Assembly (NCBI RefSeq): GCF_009696045.1
Contig: NZ_VUMT01000013.1
Coordinates: forward strand, 14,816-78,815
Length of the DNA: 64,000 bases
DNA from: Velocimicrobium porci
Lineage (GTDB): Bacteria; Bacillota; Clostridia; Lachnospirales; Lachnospiraceae
Reading direction: 5' to 3'
Shown: positions 18,917 to 30,598 of the stretch, piece by piece
Numbering within the stretch: the stretch's first letter is position 1
Layout of the letters: each line of letters opens with the position of its first letter
Notes under the pieces: generated by a model
Told to the model about the DNA's origin: nothing
What the model saw: only the letters and a program-made list of their open reading frames with translations
Database searches by the model: none
Made by a program: the position numbers and the translations under genes

Positions 18917-19456
18917 CTATTTTTTAAATGGCATACCAAATTGTGTCAATAATTCACGAGCTTCTTCATCTGTGTTCGCTGTTGTTACGAAAATGATATC
19001 CATACCTCTTACTTTATCAACCTTATCATATTCGATTTCTGGGAAGATTAACTGCTCTTTAATTCCTAAAGCATAGTTTCCTCTACCGTCAAATGCGTTA
19101 GGGTTAACACCTCTAAAGTCACGTACACGAGGCAATGCTAAGTTGATAAGACGATCAGCGAATTCATACATTCTTTCGCCTCTCAATGTTACTTTACATC
19201 CGATTGCCATACCTTCTCTGATTTTGAAGTTAGCTACAGATTTTTTTGCTCTAGTAAGAACTGCTTTCTGACCAGCGATTGTTTCAAGGTCTTTTACAGC
19301 TGCTTCTAAAAGCTTCGCGTTGTCTTTTGCTTCACCAACGCCCATGTTAATTACGATTTTTTCAAGTTTTGGAACTTGCATTACGTTTTTATATCCGAAC
19401 TTTTTTTCCATGTTAGCAACGATTTCATTGCTGTATTTATCTTTTAAACGAGCCAA
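18917..19456 (-). CDS. rplE: 50S ribosomal protein L5
   Basis: [43 protein letters not shown]. Confidence 0.95.
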   Translation of the reverse strand: MARLKDKYSNEIVANMEKKFGYKNVMQVPKLEKIVINMGVGEAKDNAKLLEAAVKDLETIAGQKAVLTRAKKSVANFKIREGMAIGCKVTLRGERMYEFADRLINLALPRVRDFRGVNPNAFDGRGNYALGIKEQLIFPEIEYDKVDKVRGMDIIFVTTANTDEEARELLTQFGMPFKK

Positions 19457-19479
19457 AGTCTACGTCCTCCTCTCTTCAA

Positions 19480-19785
19480 TTAGTCGATTACTTCGCCAGT
19501 TGCTTTTGCGTAACGAACTTTCTTATCTCCGTCAAGCTTGAAACCAACTCTTGTAACTTTACCTTTATTTACATACATAACGTTTGAAATATCAATAGCT
19601 GCCTCTTGGTGAATGATTCCACCTTGTGGGTTAGCCTGGCTTGGTTTTGTGTGTTTTGTTACTGTGTTAACGCCTTCCACTACAACTTTGCCATTTTTTA
19701 CGGAAAGAACTTTTCCTTCTTTTCCTTTATCTTTTCCAGTGATTACTTTTACAGTATCACCTTTCTTAATCTTGCTAGTTGCCAC
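19480..19785 (-). CDS. rplX: 50S ribosomal protein L24
   Basis: [23 protein letters not shown], a KOW motif. Confidence 0.95.
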   Translation of the reverse strand: MATSKIKKGDTVKVITGKDKGKEGKVLSVKNGKVVVEGVNTVTKHTKPSQANPQGGIIHQEAAIDISNVMYVNKGKVTRVGFKLDGDKKVRYAKATGEVID

Positions 19786-19799
19786 TTTACGACACCTCC

Positions 19800-20168
19800 T
19801 TATAATACTTCTGGTGCTAATGAAACGATTTTCATGAATTGTTTTTCTCTTAACTCTCTTGCAACTGGTCCAAAAATACGAGTTCCTTTTGGATTTTTGT
19901 CATCTTTAATGATAACAGCTGCATTTTCATCAAATCTGATGTAAGAACCATCTTTACGACGTGTTCCATTTACTGTACGAACAACTACCGCTTTAACTAC
20001 ATCACCTTTTTTAACAACACCACCAGGTGTTGCATCTTTGACCGTAGCAACAATTACGTCTCCGATAGCCGCATATCTTCTAGTTGAACCGCCTAATACA
20101 CGAATGCAAAGTAATTCTTTTGCTCCTGTATTATCAGCAACTCTAAGTCTTGATTCCTGTTGGATCAT
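19800..20168 (-). CDS. rplN: 50S ribosomal protein L14
   Basis: [28 protein letters not shown]. Confidence 0.95.
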   Translation of the reverse strand: MIQQESRLRVADNTGAKELLCIRVLGGSTRRYAAIGDVIVATVKDATPGGVVKKGDVVKAVVVRTVNGTRRKDGSYIRFDENAAVIIKDDKNPKGTRIFGPVARELREKQFMKIVSLAPEVL

Positions 20169-20256
20169 AGCTTAATTTCTCCTTTCAAAGTCCTGTCAGA
20201 TTCTTTTCATTACAATCATCTTACAAAGGGAAATGAATCTGCTGAAGCAAAATGAC

Positions 20257-20511
20257 TTATTTTGCTTTTTCGATAATCTCTACAAGTCTCCATCTCTTAT
20301 CTTTAGATAAAGGTCTTGTTTCCATAACTTTTACTCTATCACCGATCTTGCATTCATTGTTCTCGTCATGAGCTTTTAACTTATAAGTTCTTTTAACGAT
20401 TTTGTTGTAAAGAGGATGCTTTACGTTATCAACAACTGCAACAACGATTGTTTTATCCATTTTATCACTTACTACTTTACCAGTACGTGTTTTTCTTAAA
20501 TTTCTTTCCAC
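20257..20511 (-). CDS. rpsQ: 30S ribosomal protein S17
   Basis: [21 protein letters not shown]...[16 protein letters not shown]. Confidence 0.95.
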   Translation of the reverse strand: MERNLRKTRTGKVVSDKMDKTIVVAVVDNVKHPLYNKIVKRTYKLKAHDENNECKIGDRVKVMETRPLSKDKRWRLVEIIEKAK

Positions 20512-20540
20512 AACAAATTCTCCTTTCTATCAATCAAGAT

Positions 20541-20750
20541 CTATTTGCTTTGAGCAGAAATAACTGTCTGAATTCTTGCGATATTCTTTCTTACTTCTTT
20601 GATTCTGCTTGTATTATCTAATTGATTTGTTGCGTTTTGGAATCTTAAATTGAAAAGTTCCTTCTTAGCAGCTACTAAATCTTCATTTAGTTCAGCAATT
20701 GATTTTGTTCTTAATTCTTCTAAATATGTCTTAGTTTTCACTGCCCGCAC
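20541..20750 (-). CDS. rpmC: 50S ribosomal protein L29
   Basis: [26 protein letters not shown]. Confidence 0.9.
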   Translation of the reverse strand: MRAVKTKTYLEELRTKSIAELNEDLVAAKKELFNLRFQNATNQLDNTSRIKEVRKNIARIQTVISAQSK

Positions 20751-21168
20751 CTCCTTCTAAGTCTGCGCGAGAAACTACTTTACATTTTACTGGTAATTTA
20801 TGAGTTGCAAGACGTAACGCTTCTCTAGCTGTTTCTTCTGCTACACCAGAGATTTCAAACATAACGCGTCCTGGCTTAACAACTGCTACCCAGTATTCAA
20901 GTGTTCCTTTACCGGAACCCATACGAGTTTCAGCTGGTTTTGTTGTTACAGGTTTATCTGGGAATATTTTAATCCAAACTTTACCACCACGTTTGATATG
21001 ACGAGTCATAGCAATACGGGCAGCTTCGATCTGGTTAGATTTAATCCATGCTGGCTCTAAAGCCACGATACCATATTCACCGTTCGTAATCTTATTTCCT
21101 CTAAGTGCTTTTCCTTTCATGGAACCACGGAATTGTTTACGACGTTTTACTCTTTTTGGCATTAACAT
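20731..21168 (-). CDS. rplP: 50S ribosomal protein L16
   Basis: [15 protein letters not shown]... The start overlaps the rpsC stop, as is usual. Confidence 0.95.
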   Translation of the reverse strand: MLMPKRVKRRKQFRGSMKGKALRGNKITNGEYGIVALEPAWIKSNQIEAARIAMTRHIKRGGKVWIKIFPDKPVTTKPAETRMGSGKGTLEYWVAVVKPGRVMFEISGVAEETAREALRLATHKLPVKCKVVSRADLEGGAGSEN

Positions 21169-21827
21169 TATTTATCGCTCCCTTCCTTTTTTGTTCCTTT
21201 TGTTGGAAGTACTTCACCTTGGTAGATCCAAACTTTTACACCAATTTTACCATAAGTTGTATCTGCTTCTGCAAAACCATAATCAATGTTTGCACGTAAT
21301 GTCTGAAGTGGAATAGTACCATCACTATAGAACTCTGTACGAGCCATATCAGCACCACCAAGACGTCCGGATACTGCAGCTTTGATACCAAGTGCTCCAG
21401 ATTTCATTGTTCTGGACATACAAGATTTCATAGCTCTTCTGAAAGAGATACGGTTCTCAAGCTGTGTAGCAATATTTTCTGCTACTAACTGAGCATTGCT
21501 GTCTGGTCTTTTTACTTCTTTGATATCTACTAAGATTTTCTTATCTGTATATTTCTTTAATTCAACTTTTAATTTTTCAATTTCAGAGCCACCTTTACCA
21601 ATTACTACACCAGGTTTAGCTGTGAAAATAATAATTTTTACTCTATCGGCAGATCTTTCGATCTCAATTTTAGCGATTCCAGCGCTGTATAATTTCTTTT
21701 TCAAGAATGTTCTGATGTTGTAGTCTTCAACTAAATAATCAGCGAAATCAGCATCTGCATACCATCTGGAGTCCCAATCATTAATAACTCCGACTCTTAA
21801 GCCATGAGGATTAACTTTCTGTCCCAT
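21168..21827 (-). CDS. rpsC: 30S ribosomal protein S3
   Basis: [24 protein letters not shown]..., KH domain. Confidence 0.95.
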   Translation of the reverse strand: MGQKVNPHGLRVGVINDWDSRWYADADFADYLVEDYNIRTFLKKKLYSAGIAKIEIERSADRVKIIIFTAKPGVVIGKGGSEIEKLKVELKKYTDKKILVDIKEVKRPDSNAQLVAENIATQLENRISFRRAMKSCMSRTMKSGALGIKAAVSGRLGGADMARTEFYSDGTIPLQTLRANIDYGFAEADTTYGKIGVKVWIYQGEVLPTKGTKKEGSDK

Positions 21828-21838
21828 GTTTGCCCTCC

Positions 21839-22228
21839 TTATCTTTCATCAAGCACAATTGTAATGTGACTCATTCTTTTTTCGATTCTATAAGCTCTAC
21901 CTTGTGCTCTTGGTCTAATTCTCTTCATTGTTGGTCCTTTATTTGCATAACACTCTGCAATATAAAGATTTTCTGGGTTCATTCCGTTATTGTTTTCAGC
22001 ATTTGCAATTGCTGATTTTAACAATTTTTCTATTAATGATGAAGCATATCTTGGATTATATGCTAAAATACCAAGTGCTGTCTGTACATCCTTGCCTCTG
22101 ATGGCGTCCAATACGAAACAAGCTTTCTGAACAGAAACTCTTGCGTAAGATAACTTAGCAGATGGTCTTGTTTCTCTCTGGTTCGCATTTCTTTCTCTTT
22201 TTATTTGAGATCTATGTCCTTTAGCCAT
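21839..22228 (-). CDS. rplV: 50S ribosomal protein L22
   Basis: [27 protein letters not shown]. Confidence 0.95.
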   Translation of the reverse strand: MAKGHRSQIKRERNANQRETRPSAKLSYARVSVQKACFVLDAIRGKDVQTALGILAYNPRYASSLIEKLLKSAIANAENNNGMNPENLYIAECYANKGPTMKRIRPRAQGRAYRIEKRMSHITIVLDER

Positions 22229-22276
22229 GGATGAAGCCTCCTTTCAAATATCTATCTGTTCTATGGGTATCAATGA

Positions 22277-22555
22277 TTATTTTCTACCCTTTTTCTCGTC
22301 TTTACCATGTCCTCTGTAAGTTCTTGTTGCTACGAACTCACCAAGTTTGTGTCCAACCATATCTTCTGTTACATATACAGGTACATGTCTTCTACCATCA
22401 TGTACAGCAAAAGTATGACCTACAAATGTAGGGAAGATAGTGGAACGACGTGACCAAGTTTTGATAACTTGTTTATCGCCTGCCTGATTCATTGCATCTA
22501 CTTTTTTAAGTAAATGTGCATCAGCGAATGGTCCCTTCTTTAATGAACGTGCCAT
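22277..22555 (-). CDS. rpsS: 30S ribosomal protein S19
   Basis: [19 protein letters not shown]...[28 protein letters not shown]. Confidence 0.95.
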   Translation of the reverse strand: MARSLKKGPFADAHLLKKVDAMNQAGDKQVIKTWSRRSTIFPTFVGHTFAVHDGRRHVPVYVTEDMVGHKLGEFVATRTYRGHGKDEKKGRK

Positions 22556-22582
22556 GTATATACCTCCTTAATAACGAAACGA

Positions 22583-23428
22583 TTATTTGGATAAAGCTTT
22601 TCCGTCTCTTCTTCTTACGATCATCTTGTTTGACTGTTTGTTTTTCTTTCTTGTCTTTAAGCCAAGTGCTGGTTTACCCCAAGGTGTACATGGACCTGGA
22701 CGACCAATACCTGTCTTACCTTCACCACCACCGTGTGGATGGTCATTAGGGTTCATTACAGAACCACGAACTGTTGGGCGGATACCCATGTGACGTTTAC
22801 GTCCTGCTTTACCAATGTTGATTAACTCGTGATCAATGTTTCCAACCTGTCCAATTGTTGCTCTACAGATAATTGGAACCATTCTCATTTCGCCAGATGG
22901 AAGTCTAAGTGTTGCATACTTTCCTTCTTTTGCCATTAACTGTGCGCTGTTACCAGCGGAACGAACTAACTGTGCGCCTCTTCCTGGATATAATTCAATA
23001 TTGTGTACCTGAGTACCTACTGGAATTTCAGAAAGTGGTAAGCAGTTACCTACTCTGATTTCTGCTTCTGCACCATTCATTACTTTTTGTCCAACTTTTA
23101 ATCCGTTAGGAGCAATGATATATGCTTTCTCACCGTCTGCGTAGCAGATTAATGCGATATTAGCAGATCTATTTGGATCGTATTCGATTGTTTTAACTGT
23201 TGCTGGAATACCATCTTTATTTCTTTTAAAATCAATAACTCTATATTTCTTTCTTGAACCACCACCACGGTGTCTTACTGTAATCTTTCCTTGATTATTA
23301 CGACCAGAATTTTTGTTTAAGGAAACAAGTAAAGATTTTTCTGGAGTACTTGTTGTGATTTCAGAAAAATCAGAACTGGTCATATGTCTTCTGGAAGGTG
23401 TATATGGGTTAAACTTTTTAATTCCCAT
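22583..23428 (-). CDS. rplB: 50S ribosomal protein L2
   Basis: The start is the ATG at 23428 ([17 protein letters not shown]) with an AAAGGAGAA RBS. The track ORF carries a spurious 33-codon N-terminal extension. Confidence 0.95.
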   Translation of the reverse strand: MGIKKFNPYTPSRRHMTSSDFSEITTSTPEKSLLVSLNKNSGRNNQGKITVRHRGGGSRKKYRVIDFKRNKDGIPATVKTIEYDPNRSANIALICYADGEKAYIIAPNGLKVGQKVMNGAEAEIRVGNCLPLSEIPVGTQVHNIELYPGRGAQLVRSAGNSAQLMAKEGKYATLRLPSGEMRMVPIICRATIGQVGNIDHELINIGKAGRKRHMGIRPTVRGSVMNPNDHPHGGGEGKTGIGRPGPCTPWGKPALGLKTRKKNKQSNKMIVRRRDGKALSK

Positions 23429-23550
23429 GCCAATTCTCCTTTCAATAAGTAAGTTTCTTATCACACTGCTTCTGTGTATACATTGCGTCGCGTTGCGTCG
23501 CGTTGGAAGTTTGCAAGCAAACTTCACTCAAATTCTCATATATCTATTTC

Positions 23551-23850
23551 TTATAGTCCTTCGAAGATTTCGATATCTGCACTATCTTCTGTTAACTGAA
23601 CGATTGCTTTTTTGGATTTAGCAGTTCTTCCAACTACTGCTCCACGTCTGCGTTTTTTACCATCAAGGTTCATTGTGTTAACGCTTTTTACTTTTGCACC
23701 GTCGAATAATTTTTCAACAGCTTCTTTAATCTGATTTTTAGTAGCTTCTGTATGAACATAGAAAGTATATTTCTTTTCGCTCATAGCGTTCATACTTTTT
23801 TCTGTAATAACTGGTTTAAGGATTACATCATAATATTTTAAATCTGCCAT
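23551..23850 (-). CDS. rplW: 50S ribosomal protein L23
   Basis: [20 protein letters not shown]. Confidence 0.95.
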   Translation of the reverse strand: MADLKYYDVILKPVITEKSMNAMSEKKYTFYVHTEATKNQIKEAVEKLFDGAKVKSVNTMNLDGKKRRRGAVVGRTAKSKKAIVQLTEDSADIEIFEGL

Positions 23851-24470
23851 TATGCGTACACCTCCTCAAGTTTTGCTACTGCGTCCTTAGTGATAACGAC
23901 TGTATCATATTTTAAGATATCATATACATTGATTGTATTTGTGAATGCAGCTCTTACTGTTGGAATGTTTCTTGCAGAAAGTACTACGTTCTCATTCTTA
24001 TCTGCTGTTACAACTAATGCTTTGTTTACATTTAAGTTGTTTAATACAGATACCATTTTCTTTGTCTTGATTTCATCAAAGTTTAATTCATCAAGTACAA
24101 CGAATTTGTTTTCATTTACTCTTGAAGATAAAGCAGAACGAATAGCTGCTGCTTTTTCTTTTTTGTTCATTTTGAAAGAGTAATCTCTTGGCTTTGGAGC
24201 GAATACAACTCCACCGCCTGCCCATTGAGGAGATCTTGTTGAACCTTGTCTTGCATGACCTGTTCCTTTTTGTCTCCAAGGTTTTCTTCCGCCACCGCTA
24301 ACTTCTGAACGTGTCTTAGCGCTTTGTGTTCCCTGGCGTTTATTTGCAAGCTGTAATACTACAGCCATGTGAACTAAATGTTCATTTATAGGAGCAGCAA
24401 ATACTTTATCGTTAAGTTCCATAGAACCAACTTCTTTGCCTTCCATATTATAAACAGATACGTTTGCCAT
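23850..24470 (-). CDS. rplD: 50S ribosomal protein L4
   Basis: [24 protein letters not shown]..., 206 aa. Confidence 0.95.
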   Translation of the reverse strand: MANVSVYNMEGKEVGSMELNDKVFAAPINEHLVHMAVVLQLANKRQGTQSAKTRSEVSGGGRKPWRQKGTGHARQGSTRSPQWAGGGVVFAPKPRDYSFKMNKKEKAAAIRSALSSRVNENKFVVLDELNFDEIKTKKMVSVLNNLNVNKALVVTADKNENVVLSARNIPTVRAAFTNTINVYDILKYDTVVITKDAVAKLEEVYA

Positions 24471-24495
24471 CTGTGTGTTCCTCCTTCCTTAAAGC

Positions 24496-25128
24496 TTAGT
24501 TTGCCTTTACTGATTCTTTTAACATTACCATGGATTTCTTAGGTCCTGGAACTGCACCTTTTACTAAGATAACATTGTTTTCAGCATCAACTCTAACAAT
24601 TTCAAGATTTTGGATTGTAACTTTTACTGCACCCATTTGACCTGGCATCTTTTTGCCCTTAAATACTTTACTTGGGTCAGATGCTGCACCGTTAGATCCT
24701 GCATGTCTGTGGAACTTAGAACCGTGAGTCATAGGTCCTCTGGACTGTCCGTGACGCTTAATAGCACCCTGGAATCCTTTACCTTTTGACTTAGCAGTTG
24801 CATCAATCTTATCTCCTGCTGCGAAGATATCCACTTTGATTTCCTGTCCTACCTGGTAATCTTCAGCATTGTCAAATCTAAATTCTTTAAGATATCTCTT
24901 ATTGTCAACACCTGCTTTAGCGAAGTGTCCTTTTTTTGGCTTATTCACTAATTTTTCTCTGATGTCACCAAAACCAACCTGTACTGCGCTGTATCCATCA
25001 TTTTCTTTTGTCTTAACCTGTGTTACTACACAAGGACCAGCCTGTAATACAGTTACTGGAGTTAATACTCCGTCTTCATTGAAGATTTGAGTCATTCCGA
25101 CTTTAGTAGCTAAAATAGCTTTTTGCAT
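24496..25128 (-). CDS. rplC: 50S ribosomal protein L3
   Basis: The start is the ATG at 25128 ([16 protein letters not shown]) with an AGGAGGTG RBS. The track start at 25137 is a GTG inside that RBS. Confidence 0.95.
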   Translation of the reverse strand: MQKAILATKVGMTQIFNEDGVLTPVTVLQAGPCVVTQVKTKENDGYSAVQVGFGDIREKLVNKPKKGHFAKAGVDNKRYLKEFRFDNAEDYQVGQEIKVDIFAAGDKIDATAKSKGKGFQGAIKRHGQSRGPMTHGSKFHRHAGSNGAASDPSKVFKGKKMPGQMGAVKVTIQNLEIVRVDAENNVILVKGAVPGPKKSMVMLKESVKAN

Positions 25129-25340
25129 ATTGCGCACCTCCTGTTTAATCTACAGCGGAGCGTTGTCGACCTGATTAATTCCTTGCCATTGTAAGCAATC
25201 TCTAAGTCCTAACGCTCATCCTAGACGGTCATATAACCGAGTGCTTGGTATCCACAGCAATTAAATATGCTCTTCGTTGCTTGGACTCTATATATAAACC
25301 CTAAGGATTGTTTCCTAACTTTAGTTTCGAAAATTAAGAA

Positions 25341-25658
25341 TTATTTGTTTTTCATTTTAATATCAATATTTACACCTGCTGGCATTTCTAATCTTGATAA
25401 TGCATCCACAGTTTTTTGAGATGGGGACATAATGTCGATTAATCTCTTATGTGTTCTCTGTTCAAATTGTTCTCTGGAATCTTTATATTTGTGAACCGCT
25501 CTTAAGATTGTTACAACTTCCTTCTTTGTTGGAAGAGGTACTGGTCCGCTCACCTTAGATCCTGTCTTTTTTACAGTTTCGATAATTTTTCCGGCTGATT
25601 GATCGATTAATTGATGATCGTATGCCTTCAATGTAATTCTCATTACTTGACTTGCCAT
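25341..25658 (-). CDS. rpsJ: 30S ribosomal protein S10
   Basis: [34 protein letters not shown]. This is the first gene of the S10 operon. Confidence 0.95.
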   Translation of the reverse strand: MASQVMRITLKAYDHQLIDQSAGKIIETVKKTGSKVSGPVPLPTKKEVVTILRAVHKYKDSREQFEQRTHKRLIDIMSPSQKTVDALSRLEMPAGVNIDIKMKNK

Positions 25659-26096
25659 AAAAAAAGCCGCCTCCTTTTCGCACTTAATATCAGTACGACA
25701 AGTGGTGACTGTACACTCATCCGTGTGTATCGCGAATAATTCATTCCGATTTCCTTCACACGCTCTGCCCTAGGCAGAAAATATCCGTTTGTACAGTGAC
25801 TTGTCGCCAGTTTCCTAACTTGACATTCGCTCCACGGAAAACCTGTCATATTCAAGACAGCAACCTCACGCTTCTTAGCTATCATGCCACAGCAATTGTC
25901 ATTATACTATAACTTTTTTATTTATGCAAGAGTTTTTTTGAATTTTTTTGAATTTGCAAATTCAAATTATTCTTCCCGTAGCAAAAGCTCACTGTGTAAA
26001 TCGTGGAAATACGTAATAAGTCCATCTATTTTTCTTCGAATATTGTCCCATTTATACATTTTTTCTTTTCCCAATTATTATATTTGATACAAAAAA

Positions 26097-26141
26097 AGCT
26101 TCAGATTATAATAAAAACAATTATAATCTGAAGCTTTTTTA
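26097..26141 (-). terminator. Rho-independent terminator (bidirectional) upstream of the S10 operon promoter region
   Basis: A perfect 17-bp stem, AAGCTTCAGATTATAAT(aaaaaca)ATTATAATCTGAAGCTT, is flanked by an A-run and a T-run. The minus-strand read ends in TTTTTTT, 18 bp after the stop of the 26159..27664 gene. Confidence 0.8.
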
Positions 26142-26158
26142 CAATCCCTTTTTATAAA

Positions 26159-27664
26159 TCATATCATTACCTGGGCAATCAACATCACTGCACTAAATGC
26201 TGTTATAATTCCCATTAATGGCATAATGAACTTTAACCATTTATCATAAGATACATCTACCATTGCTAAGGTTGCTAAAATCAAACCGGTTGGTGTGATA
26301 AAAGAAATTAATCCCAAACCATACACATATGCAGATATAATAACATCTCTTGATAAGCCTACTGCATCCGCTAATGGTGCCATAATTGGAATTGACAGTG
26401 TTGCCAAACCGGAAGATGATGAGATAAAGAATCCCAAAACAATAAATATGATTAACATCAATAGAATAAATACAATTGGATTCATTCCGGAAATTCCGCT
26501 AGAGAAAAATTCCAAAATTGTATCGGAAACTAAACCATTTTCTAATATGATATTTGTTCCTCTGGCTACACCTACTACTAATGCAACACTCATCAAATCG
26601 GCTGCACCGATGATAAACTGATCAATATATTCGCTTTCCTTAATTCCTGATACAAATGCAAGAATAATTGCACAGGCAAGGAACAATGCTGTCATATTAT
26701 CAAACCACCAGCCTTTGGCAACTAAGCCCCATACAAGAACTAAAAATGTTGCTCCAAAGATTCCTAATGATAATTTCATTCTAGTTGTAAATTCCGGCAC
26801 TTCCCCTTCAAAGCCAAATTTTTTCTCTAAATGTTCCTTTTGGTCATAACAAAGTGATTTAGATGGATCGTCCTTTACTTTTTTCGCATAGCGTAATATG
26901 TAAACAAGTGTAATTAGTGTACCTAATATTAAGGCTACAAAACGAAATCCCATTCCATCAGCCAGGCTGATTCCGGCTGCATTGGAAGCTGTTCCAACAG
27001 AAAACGGATTAATTGTAGAATACATTGTACCAATTGAAGACCCCATATAAATTGCTGCAATACAAACCAAAACATCATAGCCTGCTGCCAAAAAGACCGG
27101 CACCATAATTGGATATAAGGCAATTGTTTCTTCTGCAAGCCCAAATGTTGTTCCTCCCGCCGCAATTATAAATGTGATAAACACAATTAAAATGTACTCT
27201 CTTCCCTTCGTTAATTTAGAGAGTGCTGCAATACCTGCACTAAATGCCCCCATGTAGTTCAAAACACCAATAATACCACCCAGTATAAATACGAATAAAA
27301 TAATATCAATGGTATCGTACACCCCTAGAATCGATGCAAGTAAGAACTCGATAGGTCCTTGAGGCTGTTGTTCAACCTTTTCATAGGTACCTGGAATTGC
27401 AACTGGTTTACTAAGACTGCCGTCTAAAAATTTGTTTAAATTTCCTGTCACTTTAAGTTTATCAAGTGACTCTTGAGTAGGCTCCATTTCTATTACTTTG
27501 CCACTCGGTTCCGTTACCTCAAACATGTTACTGTCTGCATTGTAGGTCAGCTTAGAATATAAACCTGCCGGCACAATGTACGTTAGGACACACGCAAAAA
27601 CAAGTACAATAAATAATACTGTTATCGCAGATGGAAAAGACAGTTTTTTTTTCTTTTTACTCAT
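26159..27664 (-). CDS. YfcC/DcuC-family membrane transporter (C4-dicarboxylate anaerobic carrier-like)
   Basis: About 500 aa and polytopic. The N-terminus KLSFPSAITVLFIVLVFACVLTYIVPAG is typical of YfcC proteins. The start is the ATG at 27664 (MSKKKKK). Confidence 0.6.
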   Translation of the reverse strand: MSKKKKKLSFPSAITVLFIVLVFACVLTYIVPAGLYSKLTYNADSNMFEVTEPSGKVIEMEPTQESLDKLKVTGNLNKFLDGSLSKPVAIPGTYEKVEQQPQGPIEFLLASILGVYDTIDIILFVFILGGIIGVLNYMGAFSAGIAALSKLTKGREYILIVFITFIIAAGGTTFGLAEETIALYPIMVPVFLAAGYDVLVCIAAIYMGSSIGTMYSTINPFSVGTASNAAGISLADGMGFRFVALILGTLITLVYILRYAKKVKDDPSKSLCYDQKEHLEKKFGFEGEVPEFTTRMKLSLGIFGATFLVLVWGLVAKGWWFDNMTALFLACAIILAFVSGIKESEYIDQFIIGAADLMSVALVVGVARGTNIILENGLVSDTILEFFSSGISGMNPIVFILLMLIIFIVLGFFISSSSGLATLSIPIMAPLADAVGLSRDVIISAYVYGLGLISFITPTGLILATLAMVDVSYDKWLKFIMPLMGIITAFSAVMLIAQVMI

Positions 27665-27804
27665 TCTTCTTTCTCCTTTGAACATTTCTTTTTATCAATA
27701 TTGTACACTCAAACTTTCTCCCCTCGTTTTTTTTGTGCAATATTAACATTTCCATTTTATCACAAAAAGTGAAATCATTCAATGAGCATTTGCTTTTTAT
27801 TATA

Positions 27805-28665
27805 TTATTTACTCCATCTGCCAGATGCTCCACAAGGAAGCACTAACCCATTCGAACTAACTGGAAGACCAATTTCCTCTGATTCTACCTTGCCTCCAAA
27901 ACGGGATACAATTTCTGTTCCTATTAAATAGGAAAGAACTGCCGGTTGTAATCCCGTTGTATAAGAATTTATTAAGAAGAATAATGGGTCATCGGATAAA
28001 ATTTTGGCACATGATTGTACAAATGGATAAATGCTCTCTTCTATTTTCCAGATTTCCCCTTTTGGTCCTCTTCCATAAGATGGCGGATCCATAATAATTC
28101 CATCATATTTGTTTCCCCTGCGTATTTCACGTTCTACAAATTTTACGCAGTCATCTACAATCCATCGAATTGGTGCATCTTCAAGCCCCGAGGACACTGC
28201 ATTTTCCCTCGCCCACGTTACCATTCCTTTTGATGCCTCTATATGAGTCACACTTGCTCCCGCTTTTGCTGCCGCTAAGGTAGCTCCTCCTGTATATGCA
28301 AATAAATTTAATACTTTAACCGGTCTGTTTGCTTTTCTTATTTTTTCTCCAAACCAGTCCCAGTTGACCGCCTGCTCTGGAAATAATCCCGTATGTTTAA
28401 AACTAAACGGCTGAAGGTTAAATGTCAACTCTTTATAATGAATCTGCCATTGCTTTGGCAAATCAAAAAATTCCCATTCACCGCCACCTTTTTTACTTCT
28501 ATGATAATGTGCATTTGGCTTTTTCCAGCCTGCGTGTTTCTTTTTCGTATTCCATATGACCTGTGGGTCGGGACGCACTAAAAGATAATCACCCCATCTC
28601 TCTAATTTCTCTCCTTGGGAGGAATCAATCACTTCATATTCTTTCCAACCATCTGCAATCCACAT
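27805..28665 (-). CDS. class I SAM-dependent RNA methyltransferase (RlmI/YwbD-like catalytic domain)
   Basis: VLNLFAYTGGATLAAAKAGA is a SAM-binding motif I, followed by IIMDPPSYGRG, the DPP motif IV. Confidence 0.65.
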   Translation of the reverse strand: MWIADGWKEYEVIDSSQGEKLERWGDYLLVRPDPQVIWNTKKKHAGWKKPNAHYHRSKKGGGEWEFFDLPKQWQIHYKELTFNLQPFSFKHTGLFPEQAVNWDWFGEKIRKANRPVKVLNLFAYTGGATLAAAKAGASVTHIEASKGMVTWARENAVSSGLEDAPIRWIVDDCVKFVEREIRRGNKYDGIIMDPPSYGRGPKGEIWKIEESIYPFVQSCAKILSDDPLFFLINSYTTGLQPAVLSYLIGTEIVSRFGGKVESEEIGLPVSSNGLVLPCGASGRWSK

Positions 28666-28858
28666 GTTTATCTCTCTCTTTCTTTTCTACAAATCTTTTT
28701 TCTTATTATAAACGCTTACCTTTTACTTTATCATAAATCACCCTATCTTCCAAGTTTTTTCCATTGATTCATTATAAAAAATAAATTTCTTGCTTTTCTT
28801 TTTGAGAACCGCTACACTTAACTTATATAAAATTTTCTGAAAAGAAGGAGGAAGATGA

Positions 28859-29536
28859 ATGAATATTTTGACAAGATTTAAAGATATTATGAGCGCTAAT
28901 GTAAATGCATTATTAGATAAGGCAGAAGACCCAGAAAAAATGGTGGATCAATGTCTTCGAAATTTGAATAATGACCTGGGAAAGGTAAAATCTGAAACTG
29001 CTGCAATTATGGCAGAAGAACAGCGGGCAAAACGAGAGCTTGATGAGTGTAAGGAAGATATCGAAAAAATGCAACGCTTTGCAATAAAGGCAGTAGAAGC
29101 CGGAAACGATAACGATGCCAAGAAGTTTTTAGAAAAAAAAGCACTTCTTACTTCAAACCAAATCAGTCTTGAAGCAAGCTATCAGACAGCTTCCGAAAAC
29201 GCAATGAACATGAAAGCAATGCATGATAAGCTTGTAGCGGATATTGAGCAACTGGAATCTCGAAAAAAACTAATTAAGGGAAAAATGGCTGTTGCAAAAA
29301 CACAGGAGCGAATGAATAAAATGACTTCTTCTGTTAATGGTGCAAATAATTCAATCAAAGCATTTGAGCGAATGGAACAAAAGGCAAATGAAGCATTAGA
29401 CCACGCAAATGCGATGGCTGAACTTAATAAGTCATCTGATGACGACCTTAAAGATTTAGAGGCGAAATATTCCGATTCTCCTTCAAGTGCCGTCGATGAT
29501 GAATTAGCTGCTTTGAAACAAAGTCTTGGAAAATAA
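28859..29536 (+). CDS. pspA: phage-shock protein A / IM30 (PspA/LiaH family)
   Basis: MNILTRFKDIMSANVNALLDKAEDPEKMVDQ..., a coiled-coil PspA N-terminus. The gene is followed by ydjG/H/I-like genes, as in B. subtilis. Confidence 0.8.
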   Translation: MNILTRFKDIMSANVNALLDKAEDPEKMVDQCLRNLNNDLGKVKSETAAIMAEEQRAKRELDECKEDIEKMQRFAIKAVEAGNDNDAKKFLEKKALLTSNQISLEASYQTASENAMNMKAMHDKLVADIEQLESRKKLIKGKMAVAKTQERMNKMTSSVNGANNSIKAFERMEQKANEALDHANAMAELNKSSDDDLKDLEAKYSDSPSSAVDDELAALKQSLGK

Positions 29537-29539
29537 GGA

Positions 29540-30598
29540 GTGAGTAATACTTTGGTAATCCAATACAAATGCCCTTCATGTGGCGCAGATATGACCTTTG
29601 ATGCCAAAAGCGGAACTCTGTTATGTGAAAGCTGTGGCAATACACTTCCCGTAGAAAACTATCCAGTTCCGGATTTCGAAGAATTTACCGAAGAAACAAC
29701 TACTTCTACTTTTGAATCCGAATCCGCAAAACAATACTATTGTAATAACTGTGGTGCTGTTTTAATAACCGATGGAGATACCTCAGCGACAACTTGTAGT
29801 TTTTGCGGTGCACCTATGATTCTGGCTGACCGCCTTACGGGAGAATTGGCTCCGGCTAAAATTATTCCATTTGAAATAACAAAAGAGCAGGCACAAGAAG
29901 CCTTTCAAAAATGGTGTAAAAAAGGACGCCTTACACCAAAAGGTTTTATGAATGCAGAACGGATTAAAAACATCACCGGCATTTATGTTCCATTCTGGCT
30001 CTATGACTTAAATGGACAGGGAGAAGTTAAAGCAAACTGTACGAAAGTTTACAGAAGAGAAGACAGCAACTATATTTATACAGACACGCACCATTATGAA
30101 GTATATCGAAAAGTTGACTTAAATTATTTAAAAATTCCGGCAGATGCCTCTGCTAAAATGAATGATGAAATGATGGATAAGTTAGAACCTTTTCATTATG
30201 ATAACCTAAAAGAGTTTAAAGTTCCTTATTTAGCTGGTTACATTGCTGAAAAATATAATTACACCGATAAAGATTTGCTACCAAGGGTAAAACAACGAGT
30301 GGAAGAATATGTGAATGATTATATTAAATCTCTTATAAATGGCTATGACACGATAACCTACCGCCACAACTGGATTGACGTAAAGCAAAGAAACGCTTAC
30401 TATACATTAATTCCTGTCTGGATGATTTGTTATGATTATAAAGATTCAGAGCATACGTTTGCAATGAATGGACAGACAGGAAAAGTTGTTGGAAAACCTC
30501 CTATCAGTAAGAAAAAAGTTTGTGGCTGGTTTTTCGGAGTCAGCAGTATTGTTTTTCTTATTTTAGAATTACTTTTAATTATTGGAGGTGCTTTATGA
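29540..30598 (+). CDS. YdjG-like zinc-ribbon membrane protein
   Basis: Three CxxC pairs are present (CPSCGADM...CESCGN, CNNCGAV...CSFCGAP), plus a C-terminal TM helix. The gene is operonic with pspA. Confidence 0.6.
   Translation: MSNTLVIQYKCPSCGADMTFDAKSGTLLCESCGNTLPVENYPVPDFEEFTEETTTSTFESESAKQYYCNNCGAVLITDGDTSATTCSFCGAPMILADRLTGELAPAKIIPFEITKEQAQEAFQKWCKKGRLTPKGFMNAERIKNITGIYVPFWLYDLNGQGEVKANCTKVYRREDSNYIYTDTHHYEVYRKVDLNYLKIPADASAKMNDEMMDKLEPFHYDNLKEFKVPYLAGYIAEKYNYTDKDLLPRVKQRVEEYVNDYIKSLINGYDTITYRHNWIDVKQRNAYYTLIPVWMICYDYKDSEHTFAMNGQTGKVVGKPPISKKKVCGWFFGVSSIVFLILELLLIIGGAL

Noticed and set aside
20169-20256. 88-bp rpsQ-rplN spacer with small inverted repeats
   Set aside because: The stems are short (7 bp) and the spacer length is within the normal range.
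22583-23527. N-terminal extension in the track ORF for rplB, and similar upstream extensions for rplO, rpsM, adk, map, rplC, GntR, the PTS EIIBCA gene and the patatin gene
   Set aside because: Internal ATGs with good RBS motifs match the conserved N-termini of these families. The longest-ORF starts are artefacts.
25643-25885. 80-aa minus-strand ORF upstream of rpsJ
   Set aside because: It lies in the S10 operon leader and promoter region and overlaps the rpsJ start. More likely untranslated leader than a gene.
29182-29645. Minus-strand ORFs of 152 and 65 aa inside pspA and the ydjG-like gene
   Set aside because: Antisense to conserved genes, with no RBS.
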